A stretch of 64,000 nt of DNA, taken from an uncultured virus (IMG/VR IMGVR_UViG_3300023178_004374). Its lineage: Duplodnaviria > Heunggongvirae > Uroviricota > Caudoviricetes. A model generated the notes under the pieces. The model saw nothing but the letters and a program-made list of their open reading frames with translations. It did no database searches and was not told the origin of the DNA. The DNA lies in the IMG/VR virus record IMGVR_UViG_3300023178_004374. One strand, written 5' to 3'. The translations under genes were made by a program, and so were the position numbers. Positions 27,130 to 36,570 of the stretch are shown here, piece by piece (position 1 is the first letter of the stretch; each line of letters starts with the position of its first letter).

Positions 27130-29358
27130 CTAGAAAGTAATTTCGCACGCTCCACCATGACACGCCATTGCACCCATTGTATCGATATCTGTAAATCTTT
27201 TTTCTGTTAGTTGTGTTACAAAATCCACTGCAGTATAATTCTGTTGAATCTTAGTCCATTTATGAAGAAGGAAAACATCCTTTAGACAATACTCAGTTTC
27301 CTTTGTATCACCCATAAAATAGTTATCAGCAAACTTATTAAAGCGGCGGATCCATTCTTTATTCAAGTCGCTTACTTCTCCTCTATATTCTTCAGGTTGC
27401 TGTGCTATAAAGGTAGCATCCCAAAGATCTCTAAATCCTGATTTACGTGTATCGACAATCAGACCAGATGCAAACAATGCAGCTTTACCGTATTTATCAA
27501 CAATCTGATCTTCAGTCATGACTTCACTCATAGGAGCTTGAGCAAAATCTTTATCACCGGAACCAGCTAAGAAACTAATACCTGCAAAATAATTACGATT
27601 TTCATATACATAATCTTCAATTTGTGACCACATATGTGGCATCACTGTAACGGTGTTTGACACATTGTGCCTGATTCTTTCATCAGCACACAGCTCTTTA
27701 TTGGTACCACTTTCAACCCAGCTGGATTGAACGAGCTTGACTTTTTCGAGCAATTCGGTTCCATACAGGTCTTCTCTATAGAGAGAGTTTTGAGGGGAAA
27801 TAACAGGAAAAGCAATACAATAATCAGTGTTATTGCTAGACCATACCGACTCCTCAACCATGTAAGGGTTTTCAGAAGCAATAAGCTGAGCAACTTCAGT
27901 CTCCTTATTTAGTTGTATATGGCGTAAATAACGAGGGGAATGCTCAGCGTGAATACCACTAGCAGTTTGCAATAAAACCGAAGCGTTTCCTGATGGCTTG
28001 ACACACGTTGTTCTAGCCGCTGGATTGATTCCAATAAGTCCTGCAACTTCTCGGTTGACTTGTTTGACAATTTCAGCACCCTTTTCTTGAATAGTTTCAT
28101 TTAATAAAACATCTGGATTATTCATCCAACCTGTAATTGAAACACCTAATAGTGCTTCTCTTTCATAGATCTTTTTGGAAATTTCCCCTATATATTTAAA
28201 ATCAGTGTATCCTGCTTGAAGTGTACCCATAATTGAAGCAGCACGACATGCTTTATAAAATTCTTTTTCAGTTGTACATTTCCCACCGTTGATTTCAGTT
28301 AAGTTACATCCTTGCCAACCTGATTCTCCATCAATTTGCGGATACATACCAATCTCAACACACGGATTAGTCGTGAAATCTCTGTCTTCGACAAAGTAAA
28401 ATCCTGGTTCTCCAAATTGTTTGATTGGTTCCATGATTTTTTTAAAATCTTCTTTAGTAATTTCGGATCTGACGATAACAGCTGAATTATTGCTTCTGCC
28501 CCGTTGAGGGTTATCGTTGAACCAATTTCCTGTTTTTGCATTCATCATCTCCTCATCGTCTGGTGAAAATAAGCAAATAGTAGCAGACCTACGTACACCA
28601 CCTGCTAAAACTGCGTCTGCGGCGTGCATTGCGATATCATATACTTCAATTGGCTTAAGCCTTTTACGACCAGATAAAACAACACCTTGTAACATATGTT
28701 CAATTTTATCGAGAGCACGACGAAGTGGTTCTGGTCCAGGGGCTTTGAATCCACCTGAAATCTTTGCGCCTTTCGGTCTTACATTTTGTAAGTCAAAATA
28801 AATTTTACGTCCTTCAAAATCTGGATGAGTTCCACCGCCAACAAAATAAGAAGACATAAGAACTGATAAAGAATCAGCCCAACCTTCAATTGAATCCTCA
28901 ACAACAAAACCCTTTGCCTGTTTTTTACGTTCTGTAATATCTGGCATTTTATCTACATGATGCTTTTGAACAGAAAATCCAGCACCAGCACCACACAAGA
29001 GGATGTAAAACAATTCACCAAAAAATTCTGCTCTATCTGCGTAACTAGACGTGCAATTGTACATCCGCATTTGATGCTTCTTGAGCTGTTCACCGCCAAA
29101 CTGGAGCGCTCTCTGAGCACCTAAAGCGTATTGTAGTTTATATAAGGACTCTGCTTCATCTATAAGTTGTTCTAGTTCCGGTGACATTTTTTCTGAATAA
29201 TACTCTCTATGCATATCCATGACACGAGTCACAGCTTCTTCCCAAGTTTCATAACGATTTAATTCTTCACTCCAACGAGAGTACCCTTCATAAAATTTAG
29301 TCTGAGACAGAAGTTGACGGGTATTAACTTCTGAATTGTTTGGAACTATTTTTAACAT
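27130..29358 (-). CDS. nrdJ: Class II (adenosylcobalamin-dependent, monomeric-type) ribonucleotide reductase
   Basis: YNC, GGVRRSA, TNPCVEI, CNLTEIN, TCVKPSGN, C-terminal ACHGGACEI; no beta subunit nearby. Confidence 0.88.
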   Translation of the reverse strand: MLKIVPNNSEVNTRQLLSQTKFYEGYSRWSEELNRYETWEEAVTRVMDMHREYYSEKMSPELEQLIDEAESLYKLQYALGAQRALQFGGEQLKKHQMRMYNCTSSYADRAEFFGELFYILLCGAGAGFSVQKHHVDKMPDITERKKQAKGFVVEDSIEGWADSLSVLMSSYFVGGGTHPDFEGRKIYFDLQNVRPKGAKISGGFKAPGPEPLRRALDKIEHMLQGVVLSGRKRLKPIEVYDIAMHAADAVLAGGVRRSATICLFSPDDEEMMNAKTGNWFNDNPQRGRSNNSAVIVRSEITKEDFKKIMEPIKQFGEPGFYFVEDRDFTTNPCVEIGMYPQIDGESGWQGCNLTEINGGKCTTEKEFYKACRAASIMGTLQAGYTDFKYIGEISKKIYEREALLGVSITGWMNNPDVLLNETIQEKGAEIVKQVNREVAGLIGINPAARTTCVKPSGNASVLLQTASGIHAEHSPRYLRHIQLNKETEVAQLIASENPYMVEESVWSSNNTDYCIAFPVISPQNSLYREDLYGTELLEKVKLVQSSWVESGTNKELCADERIRHNVSNTVTVMPHMWSQIEDYVYENRNYFAGISFLAGSGDKDFAQAPMSEVMTEDQIVDKYGKAALFASGLIVDTRKSGFRDLWDATFIAQQPEEYRGEVSDLNKEWIRRFNKFADNYFMGDTKETEYCLKDVFLLHKWTKIQQNYTAVDFVTQLTEKRFTDIDTMGAMACHGGACEITF

Positions 29359-29435
29359 GAGTTTTTCCTTTGCGTAAAAAAGATCAAGCACACCTGGATG
29401 GCATGCTGCATAAGTAGGATTGTTTTCTTGATAGT

Positions 29436-29480
29436 ATTATATATTAAAACACGAGTTTGTACATATACCATATATGGTAT
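29436..29480 (-). promoter_or_regulatory. nrdJ promoter with NrdR-box-like palindrome
   Basis: TGTACA...TATAAT; perfect palindrome ATACCATATATGGTAT at 29465-29480. Confidence 0.6.
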
Positions 29481-29509
29481 ATTCCCATATTTTTTTAATT
29501 TTTATTGAT

Positions 29510-29860
29510 TTATTTTTCTGAGGTTAAAGCTTCTTCATAGTAACCTATGATAGCCTGTTGATCCTTTATATATCTACGTAAGTCACCTATACCAAGAGCT
29601 AGGTTTTCGTATCCTTTAGGAGTTATAGCAAATAAAACTACATCGCCTGTCTTAGTATCGATTTCAGCTAGCTTTTCTTCTAGGTTTTCTTCAGTAATAA
29701 CAAACCAATCAACTGATGGCATAGTTACTGCTTTAGGTCTTTCTTGAATAGGAACAAGTTGTTCTTGATATTCAGTTTGGACCACTACTTCCGGTTCCGG
29801 TGTCCTCATTCCGCACGCTGTCAGTAGGAATGGGATCGTCAGAAGGAGGAGTAGTTTCAT
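29510..29860 (-). CDS. o-spanin (Rz1-like lipoprotein)
   Basis: Lipobox LLTAC, Pro-rich; overlaps 3' end of i-spanin. Confidence 0.8.
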   Translation of the reverse strand: MKLLLLLTIPFLLTACGMRTPEPEVVVQTEYQEQLVPIQERPKAVTMPSVDWFVITEENLEEKLAEIDTKTGDVVLFAITPKGYENLALGIGDLRRYIKDQQAIIGYYEEALTSEK

Positions 29861-30221
29861 TTTGTATTCTGTTAATGAGCTTTTCAACTGCTGCATTAAC
29901 CCTGTCTTCGAGTCCTTGTGCATTTGTTAATGCCTCCATAGTCAAGTCAATTTCTGCAAATACACCTCTGAGTTTATCAAGGTGCTCTTGTGATTTTTGT
30001 AATTGTTTAGTTAAATTACGATTTAATTCTTCATTTCTTTGTGCATCTTCTGCCATTTTATCTACTGTCACTTGTAAAGTTTCTGCAGCAGATTTTAATT
30101 TCACGTTATTTTCTCTTAGTGTTCCAATTGTTTCTTGTGACCACATATAATAAGAATATCCAGCATATCCAATAGAAGACATTAATCCTAAAATTAGTAA
30201 TATTAAATAAAGTCTAGCCAT
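29772..30221 (-). CDS. i-spanin (Rz-like)
   Basis: N-terminal TM followed by long coiled coil. Confidence 0.8.
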   Translation of the reverse strand: MARLYLILLILGLMSSIGYAGYSYYMWSQETIGTLRENNVKLKSAAETLQVTVDKMAEDAQRNEELNRNLTKQLQKSQEHLDKLRGVFAEIDLTMEALTNAQGLEDRVNAAVEKLINRIQNETTPPSDDPIPTDSVRNEDTGTGSSGPN

Positions 30222-30222
30222 A

Positions 30223-30435
30223 TCAATCCTCAATAAATTCTAATATTTCTTTTTTGCCATTTGTCTTTTCCATAGTTTTAACAGTATGCTTCTCACAAGA
30301 ATATCTGCTACTATCACCAAGATTTCGTTCAATTTGGCGCTTAGTTCCTAAACAATCAACTAAGCTGTCCTTTGGTGTATACTCTATCACTTTGTTATTC
30401 ATATAAAGAAATAAAACAAATAAAGTCTCTATCAT
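30223..30435 (-). CDS. Small membrane-anchored Cys-pair protein
   Basis: Hydrophobic N-terminus, SLVDC...YSCE. Confidence 0.6.
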   Translation of the reverse strand: MIETLFVLFLYMNNKVIEYTPKDSLVDCLGTKRQIERNLGDSSRYSCEKHTVKTMEKTNGKKEILEFIED

Positions 30436-30881
30436 TAGTGACCCCCATTTACACGTTTTATTCCATTTAAATCATGAACTAAATCCATTATATCATTACG
30501 AATTTTTTCATGAGCTTTTTCTAATTGTTCAATTCGATCTTTATAAAAGTTTAGAGTTAATTGTTGTTGTTGATCAAACGGAGCTTGCCCACTTTCTATT
30601 TCATTTGTTAATTTATCTAATTCACCAGCAAGATGTTCTATTAGCATAAATTGTTCGCTATCTGCTGGTAAACTTCCCATTTCACCACGAGGCCATTTAA
30701 TACGAAACTCAGTATTCATCTGTACATCATTATGCATCATGGTTTGTGATGTTTCAATATTATTTAATCGTTCTACAATACCAAAGTATGCCCACGTGGC
30801 AATACTTGCTCCTACAACTAAAGATAAAATATTTCTAAGTGGTAAAGCAACTTCAGTATTTTCTGAAATTTTACTTGCCAT
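30435..30881 (-). CDS. Membrane-anchored coiled-coil hypothetical protein
   Basis: TM helix, FRIKWPRGEMGSLPAD. Confidence 0.7.
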   Translation of the reverse strand: MASKISENTEVALPLRNILSLVVGASIATWAYFGIVERLNNIETSQTMMHNDVQMNTEFRIKWPRGEMGSLPADSEQFMLIEHLAGELDKLTNEIESGQAPFDQQQQLTLNFYKDRIEQLEKAHEKIRNDIMDLVHDLNGIKRVNGGH

Positions 30882-31113
30882 CCTCTACATACCTTCTAAA
30901 TCTCTTTAAGAGTTTAGGATGCTTGTCTTTTCTTCTTCTACGGTCAACAGCAATCTGTCCTTGAGAGGTAGTAGCTGGATTAGGAATTGATGCAGTGTTA
31001 GCACCACCTGGAACTTCTTCAATATTCAAGGTTTTTGGATAATTTTTATCACCTGGTTTTAATTTAGGCTTACCCGCCGCTCTTCGTTTTCGAATGTTAT
31101 CCCATAAACTCAT
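30871..31113 (-). CDS. Basic hypothetical protein (possible internal head protein)
   Basis: 80 aa, K/R-rich. Confidence 0.6.
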   Translation of the reverse strand: MSLWDNIRKRRAAGKPKLKPGDKNYPKTLNIEEVPGGANTASIPNPATTSQGQIAVDRRRRKDKHPKLLKRFRRYVEDGK

Positions 31114-31682
31114 TTTATTAGTTCTCCTGGTGTAATATACACCTTTTGATTTGAGAGAAGGTGGACTGCTTCGTAAATATCTAAACCGTAGATCTGACCT
31201 ATAGGATAAGCGGTGTTGTCTACCTTAATCTTATCTTTAGCAGAGACTACCTCCTCATATGTAGTATTTATAACTTTAGGGTACTTTACTTTATAAATTC
31301 CTGGTGATAATCTATTATCTTCTAATACAAACCATTCATTTTGTTCTTTAATAAGATCTGTTGGATCTATATCGAGTCCATCTAGTATTTTATCAATGTC
31401 TTTATCACTTAGTTGATTATGCTCTTTAATAAGATAGAGAGCTGCTGCGATCGATGTTAATTTATTAAAGCCAACTGTTCTTTTTACATTTGCGGCAAGT
31501 CTTATGAACGGAGTAAAAGCAGACTTTTTCTCATTTGTATCAAGCTTGACTTCTTTTTTTCTTTTTCCATTTTCATCAATAATACCTAGCTTATACGCAT
31601 CCCACTTCTTCCAATCCATGACAAGCATGCGAAGAAATCTAAACGTAAATGCAAGGTCGGCAGCTCTTTTAACTATTCCCAT
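31110..31682 (-). CDS. Conserved T4-like hypothetical protein
   Basis: AYKLGIIDENGK motif, AAALYLIKE. Confidence 0.7.
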   Translation of the reverse strand: MGIVKRAADLAFTFRFLRMLVMDWKKWDAYKLGIIDENGKRKKEVKLDTNEKKSAFTPFIRLAANVKRTVGFNKLTSIAAALYLIKEHNQLSDKDIDKILDGLDIDPTDLIKEQNEWFVLEDNRLSPGIYKVKYPKVINTTYEEVVSAKDKIKVDNTAYPIGQIYGLDIYEAVHLLSNQKVYITPGELIK

Positions 31683-32050
31683 TAAATTTTCCTTAAAGCT
31701 TCAATCACCTTCTTATCCATTTCCACATTCACATATTGATTATTTTTAATATGTTTTAAGAATACTAGAAAAGGTTTAATAACTTCCCATTGTTTCTTAT
31801 CCAATTTATAATCTAACATTTTCAAAGAAGGTTCTATATCAAAAGCATTGAATATAACAATCAAATGATTTAGTATTAATCGTTCTGATAATTTTCCTGT
31901 TTCTAGGTACTTATTCACCAGCCTTTTAACATACTTAAATCTATTCAAATCTTCGTGAAATTCTTCTATATCAATACAGCGAGGATTATAATAATGCCTT
32001 GCTGCAAAGAACTGAAAATTTTCATCAGTTACATTATCAAGTATTTTCAT
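31682..32050 (-). CDS. Conserved T4-like hypothetical protein
   Basis: YYNP.C..EF.EDL.RFKY.KRL, RLILNH. Confidence 0.75.
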   Translation of the reverse strand: MKILDNVTDENFQFFAARHYYNPRCIDIEEFHEDLNRFKYVKRLVNKYLETGKLSERLILNHLIVIFNAFDIEPSLKMLDYKLDKKQWEVIKPFLVFLKHIKNNQYVNVEMDKKVIEALRKI

Positions 32051-33277
32051 TTATTTTACAGGAGCCTTATCTCCTGCTGGATTATCACCTTTTCTTTTTG
32101 GTGATGCTTTTAAGCCTTTACGGAAATCTTTAAAGTTTTTCGCATCAACTTTTGGTTCATCAATTGGCTCAGGAGTTGGCATTTTCTTTGCTGCTTGAGC
32201 TTTTGCATTTGGTGCCAAGCCCTTACCCATAGGATCTTGATATCCTTTACGATTCTTATCAGCAGCAGGAATATTTTCATATGCTTCTCTAGCTGGAACC
32301 TTTGCTTTACCTGTAAGTTTATTAACGGCCATATTTGTGCCTTTCTGGCGTCTCACAAATTGAGCAATGCCTTTTTTACGTTGTTTTTCATAGCCTTTTT
32401 TGACATCAGCTGAAGCACCTGCTTGACCCATTCCACCAGTTCCGGTACGATCTCCTGCATGTGCAGCAGAAGCTGGTACTTTTTTCAAATATCTACCAAC
32501 CATTCCCTTTGAAACTTCATCAACCGCCGCTTCATTAGTTGGTTTAACTTTTGAACGACCAGTCATTTTATTTACATACATATCAGATCCTCTTGATCTT
32601 TTAGTTAAGCCTGACATTGCTTTAAGCCCTGCTTTTGCATGCTTAACACTTGCTGGCTGATCTAATGCTGCTTTGACTTTATTTCTTTTTCTTTCAATGT
32701 CTTGCTTAGCTGCGCTAGCATATTTAGACAATTTTGTTCTTGAAATTTCATCAACTGATGTAGCTTCTTTTTTAACTGCGCCTGGCTTAAGCTTACCATC
32801 ACGATCACGATCAGCTTTTTCTTTATCCATTCTCATTTTTTGTAATGGAGACATCATTCTTTTCGCTTGACCTTGAGGTTCATTATATGCTTCATTTTTC
32901 TTTTTATCCCAAGGTGCTTGAGGAAGCGTTGGTTTTTTCTTAGACGGCTTGATACTTGCAAGAGCACGTTTAATTTGTTTAGGTGTTAAATTCTTTTCTT
33001 CAACACTTTCTTTTTTGGCATCAGGATGTCCTTTACCACCATCTTTGCGAGTTGCCCAGACAGCTTTTCTTTGAGCATTGGATACATATCCTTCATCTTT
33101 GCTCATAGATTTTTTAATTGTTTTACGACGATTATGAAGATACTTGTCAGATTCATCTTCATCACCGTCATTATCGATGTCACCATCTTTGCGATCAGCA
33201 TGAGTGCCTTTTAACTCATCTTTATCAACCGGATCCATCTTTTTCTTTTTTTCTAAAAGTTCTTTTACCCATTCTCT
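32051..33277 (-). CDS. Basic repeat protein, putative internal head (poly)protein
   Basis: DIDNDGDEDESDKYL; two VDE(I/V)S...VNK(M/L)TG..KV repeats. Confidence 0.65.
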   Translation of the reverse strand, partial: REWVKELLEKKKKMDPVDKDELKGTHADRKDGDIDNDGDEDESDKYLHNRRKTIKKSMSKDEGYVSNAQRKAVWATRKDGGKGHPDAKKESVEEKNLTPKQIKRALASIKPSKKKPTLPQAPWDKKKNEAYNEPQGQAKRMMSPLQKMRMDKEKADRDRDGKLKPGAVKKEATSVDEISRTKLSKYASAAKQDIERKRNKVKAALDQPASVKHAKAGLKAMSGLTKRSRGSDMYVNKMTGRSKVKPTNEAAVDEVSKGMVGRYLKKVPASAAHAGDRTGTGGMGQAGASADVKKGYEKQRKKGIAQFVRRQKGTNMAVNKLTGKAKVPAREAYENIPAADKNRKGYQDPMGKGLAPNAKAQAAKKMPTPEPIDEPKVDAKNFKDFRKGLKASPKRKGDNPAGDKAPVK

Positions 33278-33294
33278 CATGGTTTTCTCCGTTT

Positions 33295-33570
33295 CTACAT
33301 TAGAACATTTGCTGCTATTGCACCGACTGCTGAAACAATAGCTATCCAAAATAATTTATTTATCGTTTGAACTGTACGACAATTATCTTCAACCTTCTTC
33401 TCTATGGCATCTAGTTTTTCTGAAAACTTATTCATACGTTCCCATGATCTTTCACGATACTCATTGTATGCATCCATTTTTTCTTCGAATCGAGCTATAG
33501 ATACGACAACGTCGCTAAGCTTATCAAGCTTTTCCTCAATACGATCTAAACGTGCGTCTGTATCAGCCAT
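33295..33570 (-). CDS. Coiled-coil plus C-terminal TM protein (XhlA/holin-like)
   Basis: RLDRIEEKLD coiled coil, terminal hydrophobic helix. Confidence 0.6.
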   Translation of the reverse strand: MADTDARLDRIEEKLDKLSDVVVSIARFEEKMDAYNEYRERSWERMNKFSEKLDAIEKKVEDNCRTVQTINKLFWIAIVSAVGAIAANVLM

Positions 33571-34457
33571 TAGCATTTCCACCTTCTTAGAGACATTGCT
33601 TTACGAGTAGGACGACCCTTATCATCTTTCATTGGTCCGGGCATACCACTCATTCTAGCACAAAATGATTTTCTTCTCTTAGCAGCTTTACTACCACGTT
33701 TTACTGAACCTGTTACAGGTGCTTGTAAGTTACCACCAGTTTTTCTATTATAATAATCTCTGCCTTTTTGTGTTAATCCAGCGCCCTTTTCAGTTGCTCT
33801 TTTATGACCTTTTGCATCTTCACCACGGGCTTCATTTGTTTTTCTTTTTGCATTTAAATATGCAGCAACCGCCATAGTTCTTCTTTTCTTATCTGATTTA
33901 CCAGCAAATTGTGGTGCATCTGATTTTTTAAAATCTTTAATCCAAGATCCAATGCCATCACTTACATTTAGATCTTCTTTCTGAGTTTTCATTTTATTAA
34001 TTTTACTAATTGACCTAGACGCATGTCTAGCAGTATTCATTGCTTTTACCATATCGCTATGACTACCAGACTGCGCGGCTTTTTTCATAGATCCACGAGC
34101 ATTTTTTCTCATCATTTTATAACGATCTAATTCCTTTTCACGCTTGGTATCTTCTTTAGCCATTGACCCCTGTTTAACAACACCAGATTTTTTAATCTTA
34201 TTAATAAGTTTCATTGTGCGCATAGGAGTAGCAGTTTCTTTTTGTGCTCTTTTACTTTTACATGATTCACAACCACAATCTTCATGAACTTCTTCGCAAG
34301 TGCAAGGATCGCAATTACATTTACCACACACCCATTCTTCATTAGCACGTTTACTAATATCAGATAATGATTTTTGAGTAGAAGACATTTTCTTTGGCTT
34401 TTTATTTCTATTCATATGTGCTTTAAATTTTTGTAAATCTACTTTAGGTGCTGGCAT
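33570..34457 (-). CDS. Basic modular protein, putative internal head protein
   Basis: CGKCNCDPCTC; SDAPQFAGKS; RRKSFCARM...RRWKC. Confidence 0.65.
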   Translation of the reverse strand: MPAPKVDLQKFKAHMNRNKKPKKMSSTQKSLSDISKRANEEWVCGKCNCDPCTCEEVHEDCGCESCKSKRAQKETATPMRTMKLINKIKKSGVVKQGSMAKEDTKREKELDRYKMMRKNARGSMKKAAQSGSHSDMVKAMNTARHASRSISKINKMKTQKEDLNVSDGIGSWIKDFKKSDAPQFAGKSDKKRRTMAVAAYLNAKRKTNEARGEDAKGHKRATEKGAGLTQKGRDYYNRKTGGNLQAPVTGSVKRGSKAAKRRKSFCARMSGMPGPMKDDKGRPTRKAMSLRRWKC

Positions 34458-34705
34458 TATTTTACCCTCGCTGCTAAATCTTTATCCGCTTTACCCCAAG
34501 TACCAGAAGATTTTGTAACGAAAGAATTAACTCTTGCTAAGCCCCATTGCTGTGGAGTAGTGCCTGGACGATGTCCAGTTCTCCATGCTGCTACACCTCT
34601 ATTATATACTTTACGTAATACTCCTAGTGACATGCCAGATTTTTCTGCCTTTTTCTTTAATGCGGCTGAGGCATCTTCTGCAATATAAGCCTTAAATTTA
34701 ATCAT
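34457..34705 (-). CDS. Small basic protein with CTS-like N-terminus
   Basis: MIKFKAYIAE; VYNRGVAAW..WGLARVNSF. Confidence 0.7.
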   Translation of the reverse strand: MIKFKAYIAEDASAALKKKAEKSGMSLGVLRKVYNRGVAAWRTGHRPGTTPQQWGLARVNSFVTKSSGTWGKADKDLAARVK

Positions 34706-36150
34706 TTGTCTTCTCCGTACATTTGTTTAAACCTTAGAGTGTGCTTACTTGGTTTTGTTTTTGCTGTTGCATCACCTGGTGCTTTTTTATATGCCTTTGG
34801 ATTATCATCATCCATTTTAGCATGCTTCTTAAAATGTCTATCTCTTGAAACTTTTGTTTTTTTAGATAATCCTGAATGGTATGCTTTCGGTTGGGTTCCT
34901 TTACGATCTTTAATATCAGGATCTTGAGGAGAACTTGTAGCTTCTTTTGGTTCACCTGGAGTTATCTTCTTTGCTTTTTTAGTTGATTCAGGTGTACCCC
35001 ATTCTGGCTGATCTTTATACCAACGATCTTCCTTTAGTCTATCCATTACAAGTTCTTTAGCATAACCTTTACCTTGTACAGTATTATCCCAAACCCATTC
35101 ACGTCTACGTTTATCCCACATCATAATTTTCCATTCGCCTCTATGACGTTCATTATGATCTAGTGATTTTTCGATTTGATAGCGTTGACCATTAATAGTG
35201 ATTTCAATCTCACCATTTGGACCAGAGCGTTTCCAACGTGGGGCTACAGCTTCATGTAATGATTCTCTAACAACTCCATCCTTATACTCTTTAGGAGTAT
35301 CTAAGACATCATATGTAAATTCTCTTGGATCTACTTTATCAACATCACTTAACCAGCATCTCCATGTTTCACCCTTTGATTCAACTATTAAATAATTAGT
35401 TCCAAGGTGTTTAATTTTTCCAACTATACCATTTTTCATCATAACTACACTTTCACCTACTGTGAAAATGTTTTTGTCTTGTACATATGATTCTCTTAAT
35501 TCAGAAACCGGTTCTAATTGTATATGATTTTTAAATTCTTTTTGTTCTTTTAATCCCATTCCTTTACGGACTGCATTAAACATTCTTTTCGCTTCGTTAT
35601 TTGCTATATTTTTTGGAAGGCCTTGAGCAAATTTTGTAAAGTCATTTTCTGCTGCCGCGTTTCTCATTTTAGACGCTGACATACCTTCAGTTCCTTCGGC
35701 ATCAGGATCTCTAGCACCAGCTGAGATCACCTTTATAGATTTAAAATTATAAAATCCATGTCGTCCTTCTTGTCCATTGTATCTTTTTAGAAGTGCACTA
35801 AATTCTTGTAATCTATCTGAACCTACAACCATTACAGCATTTATATAACCTTCCTTATATAAAACTGACGCAGCTTCTAATGCATTTCTAATTTTTTTAT
35901 TTAATATAATAGAACGAGCATGACGAGGAAACATTTTCCTCGCGTACTTAATTTTTTCTTGATATGTTAATGGATTTTTCTTTGCATCTTGAGATTGAGA
36001 TACAAACACGCGATAAGGCATTTTGCCAGATGAACTAGCTAACTTATCCATTAGCTTCTCATGGCCAATGGTTGGAGGATTCATTCGACCGAATGTAAAA
36101 TAAACGGTCTTTTCCTCTTCTACAAGGAATTGTTTAAACGAATTGTACAT
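34702..36150 (-). CDS. HIGH-superfamily (cytidylyl/adenylyl)transferase fused to basic C-terminal modules
   Basis: FGRMNPPTIGHEKL, KNPL, VVGSDR, GMSASKMR; N-terminus MYNSFKQFLVEE. Confidence 0.8.
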   Translation of the reverse strand: MYNSFKQFLVEEEKTVYFTFGRMNPPTIGHEKLMDKLASSSGKMPYRVFVSQSQDAKKNPLTYQEKIKYARKMFPRHARSIILNKKIRNALEAASVLYKEGYINAVMVVGSDRLQEFSALLKRYNGQEGRHGFYNFKSIKVISAGARDPDAEGTEGMSASKMRNAAAENDFTKFAQGLPKNIANNEAKRMFNAVRKGMGLKEQKEFKNHIQLEPVSELRESYVQDKNIFTVGESVVMMKNGIVGKIKHLGTNYLIVESKGETWRCWLSDVDKVDPREFTYDVLDTPKEYKDGVVRESLHEAVAPRWKRSGPNGEIEITINGQRYQIEKSLDHNERHRGEWKIMMWDKRRREWVWDNTVQGKGYAKELVMDRLKEDRWYKDQPEWGTPESTKKAKKITPGEPKEATSSPQDPDIKDRKGTQPKAYHSGLSKKTKVSRDRHFKKHAKMDDDNPKAYKKAPGDATAKTKPSKHTLRFKQMYGEDK

Positions 36151-36570
36151 TTACTTTCTTCTTTTAGTTAACTCAGCTTTTCTTACCTTAGGCAACATCT
36201 TTTTAACCAATCGGTCAATCCGTGGTTTCATTTTATCTAGACGTTTTTCTATTTCTTGGCGACGGGCAAAAGTCAACTCTGACTTAGGAATATCCTTTGT
36301 CAGTTTTTTAAGAACTGCATTTCTCGCCTGCTTTCTAGCACGCTTTTCAAGTTTTTCTTTTGATGCAATTCTTCTGCTTGCACGTTGACGACCCAACTTT
36401 AATCGAGCTTTAAATCGTTTCATTTGTCTTGAACGTGCTAAGCGTTGAGGCGTCGTAAGTGCTTCCTCAACCTCTTCATCTGTACGCTTTCTTTTCATGT
36501 CAGCGTATTTGATTTCTACTGGTTCTCCTGGTCGGAGATCTACTATCATTAAATCTTTAAAATCGATCAT
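36151..36570 (-). CDS. Very basic hypothetical protein
   Basis: R/K-rich, EEALT..QR. Confidence 0.7.
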   Translation of the reverse strand: MIDFKDLMIVDLRPGEPVEIKYADMKRKRTDEEVEEALTTPQRLARSRQMKRFKARLKLGRQRASRRIASKEKLEKRARKQARNAVLKKLTKDIPKSELTFARRQEIEKRLDKMKPRIDRLVKKMLPKVRKAELTKRRK

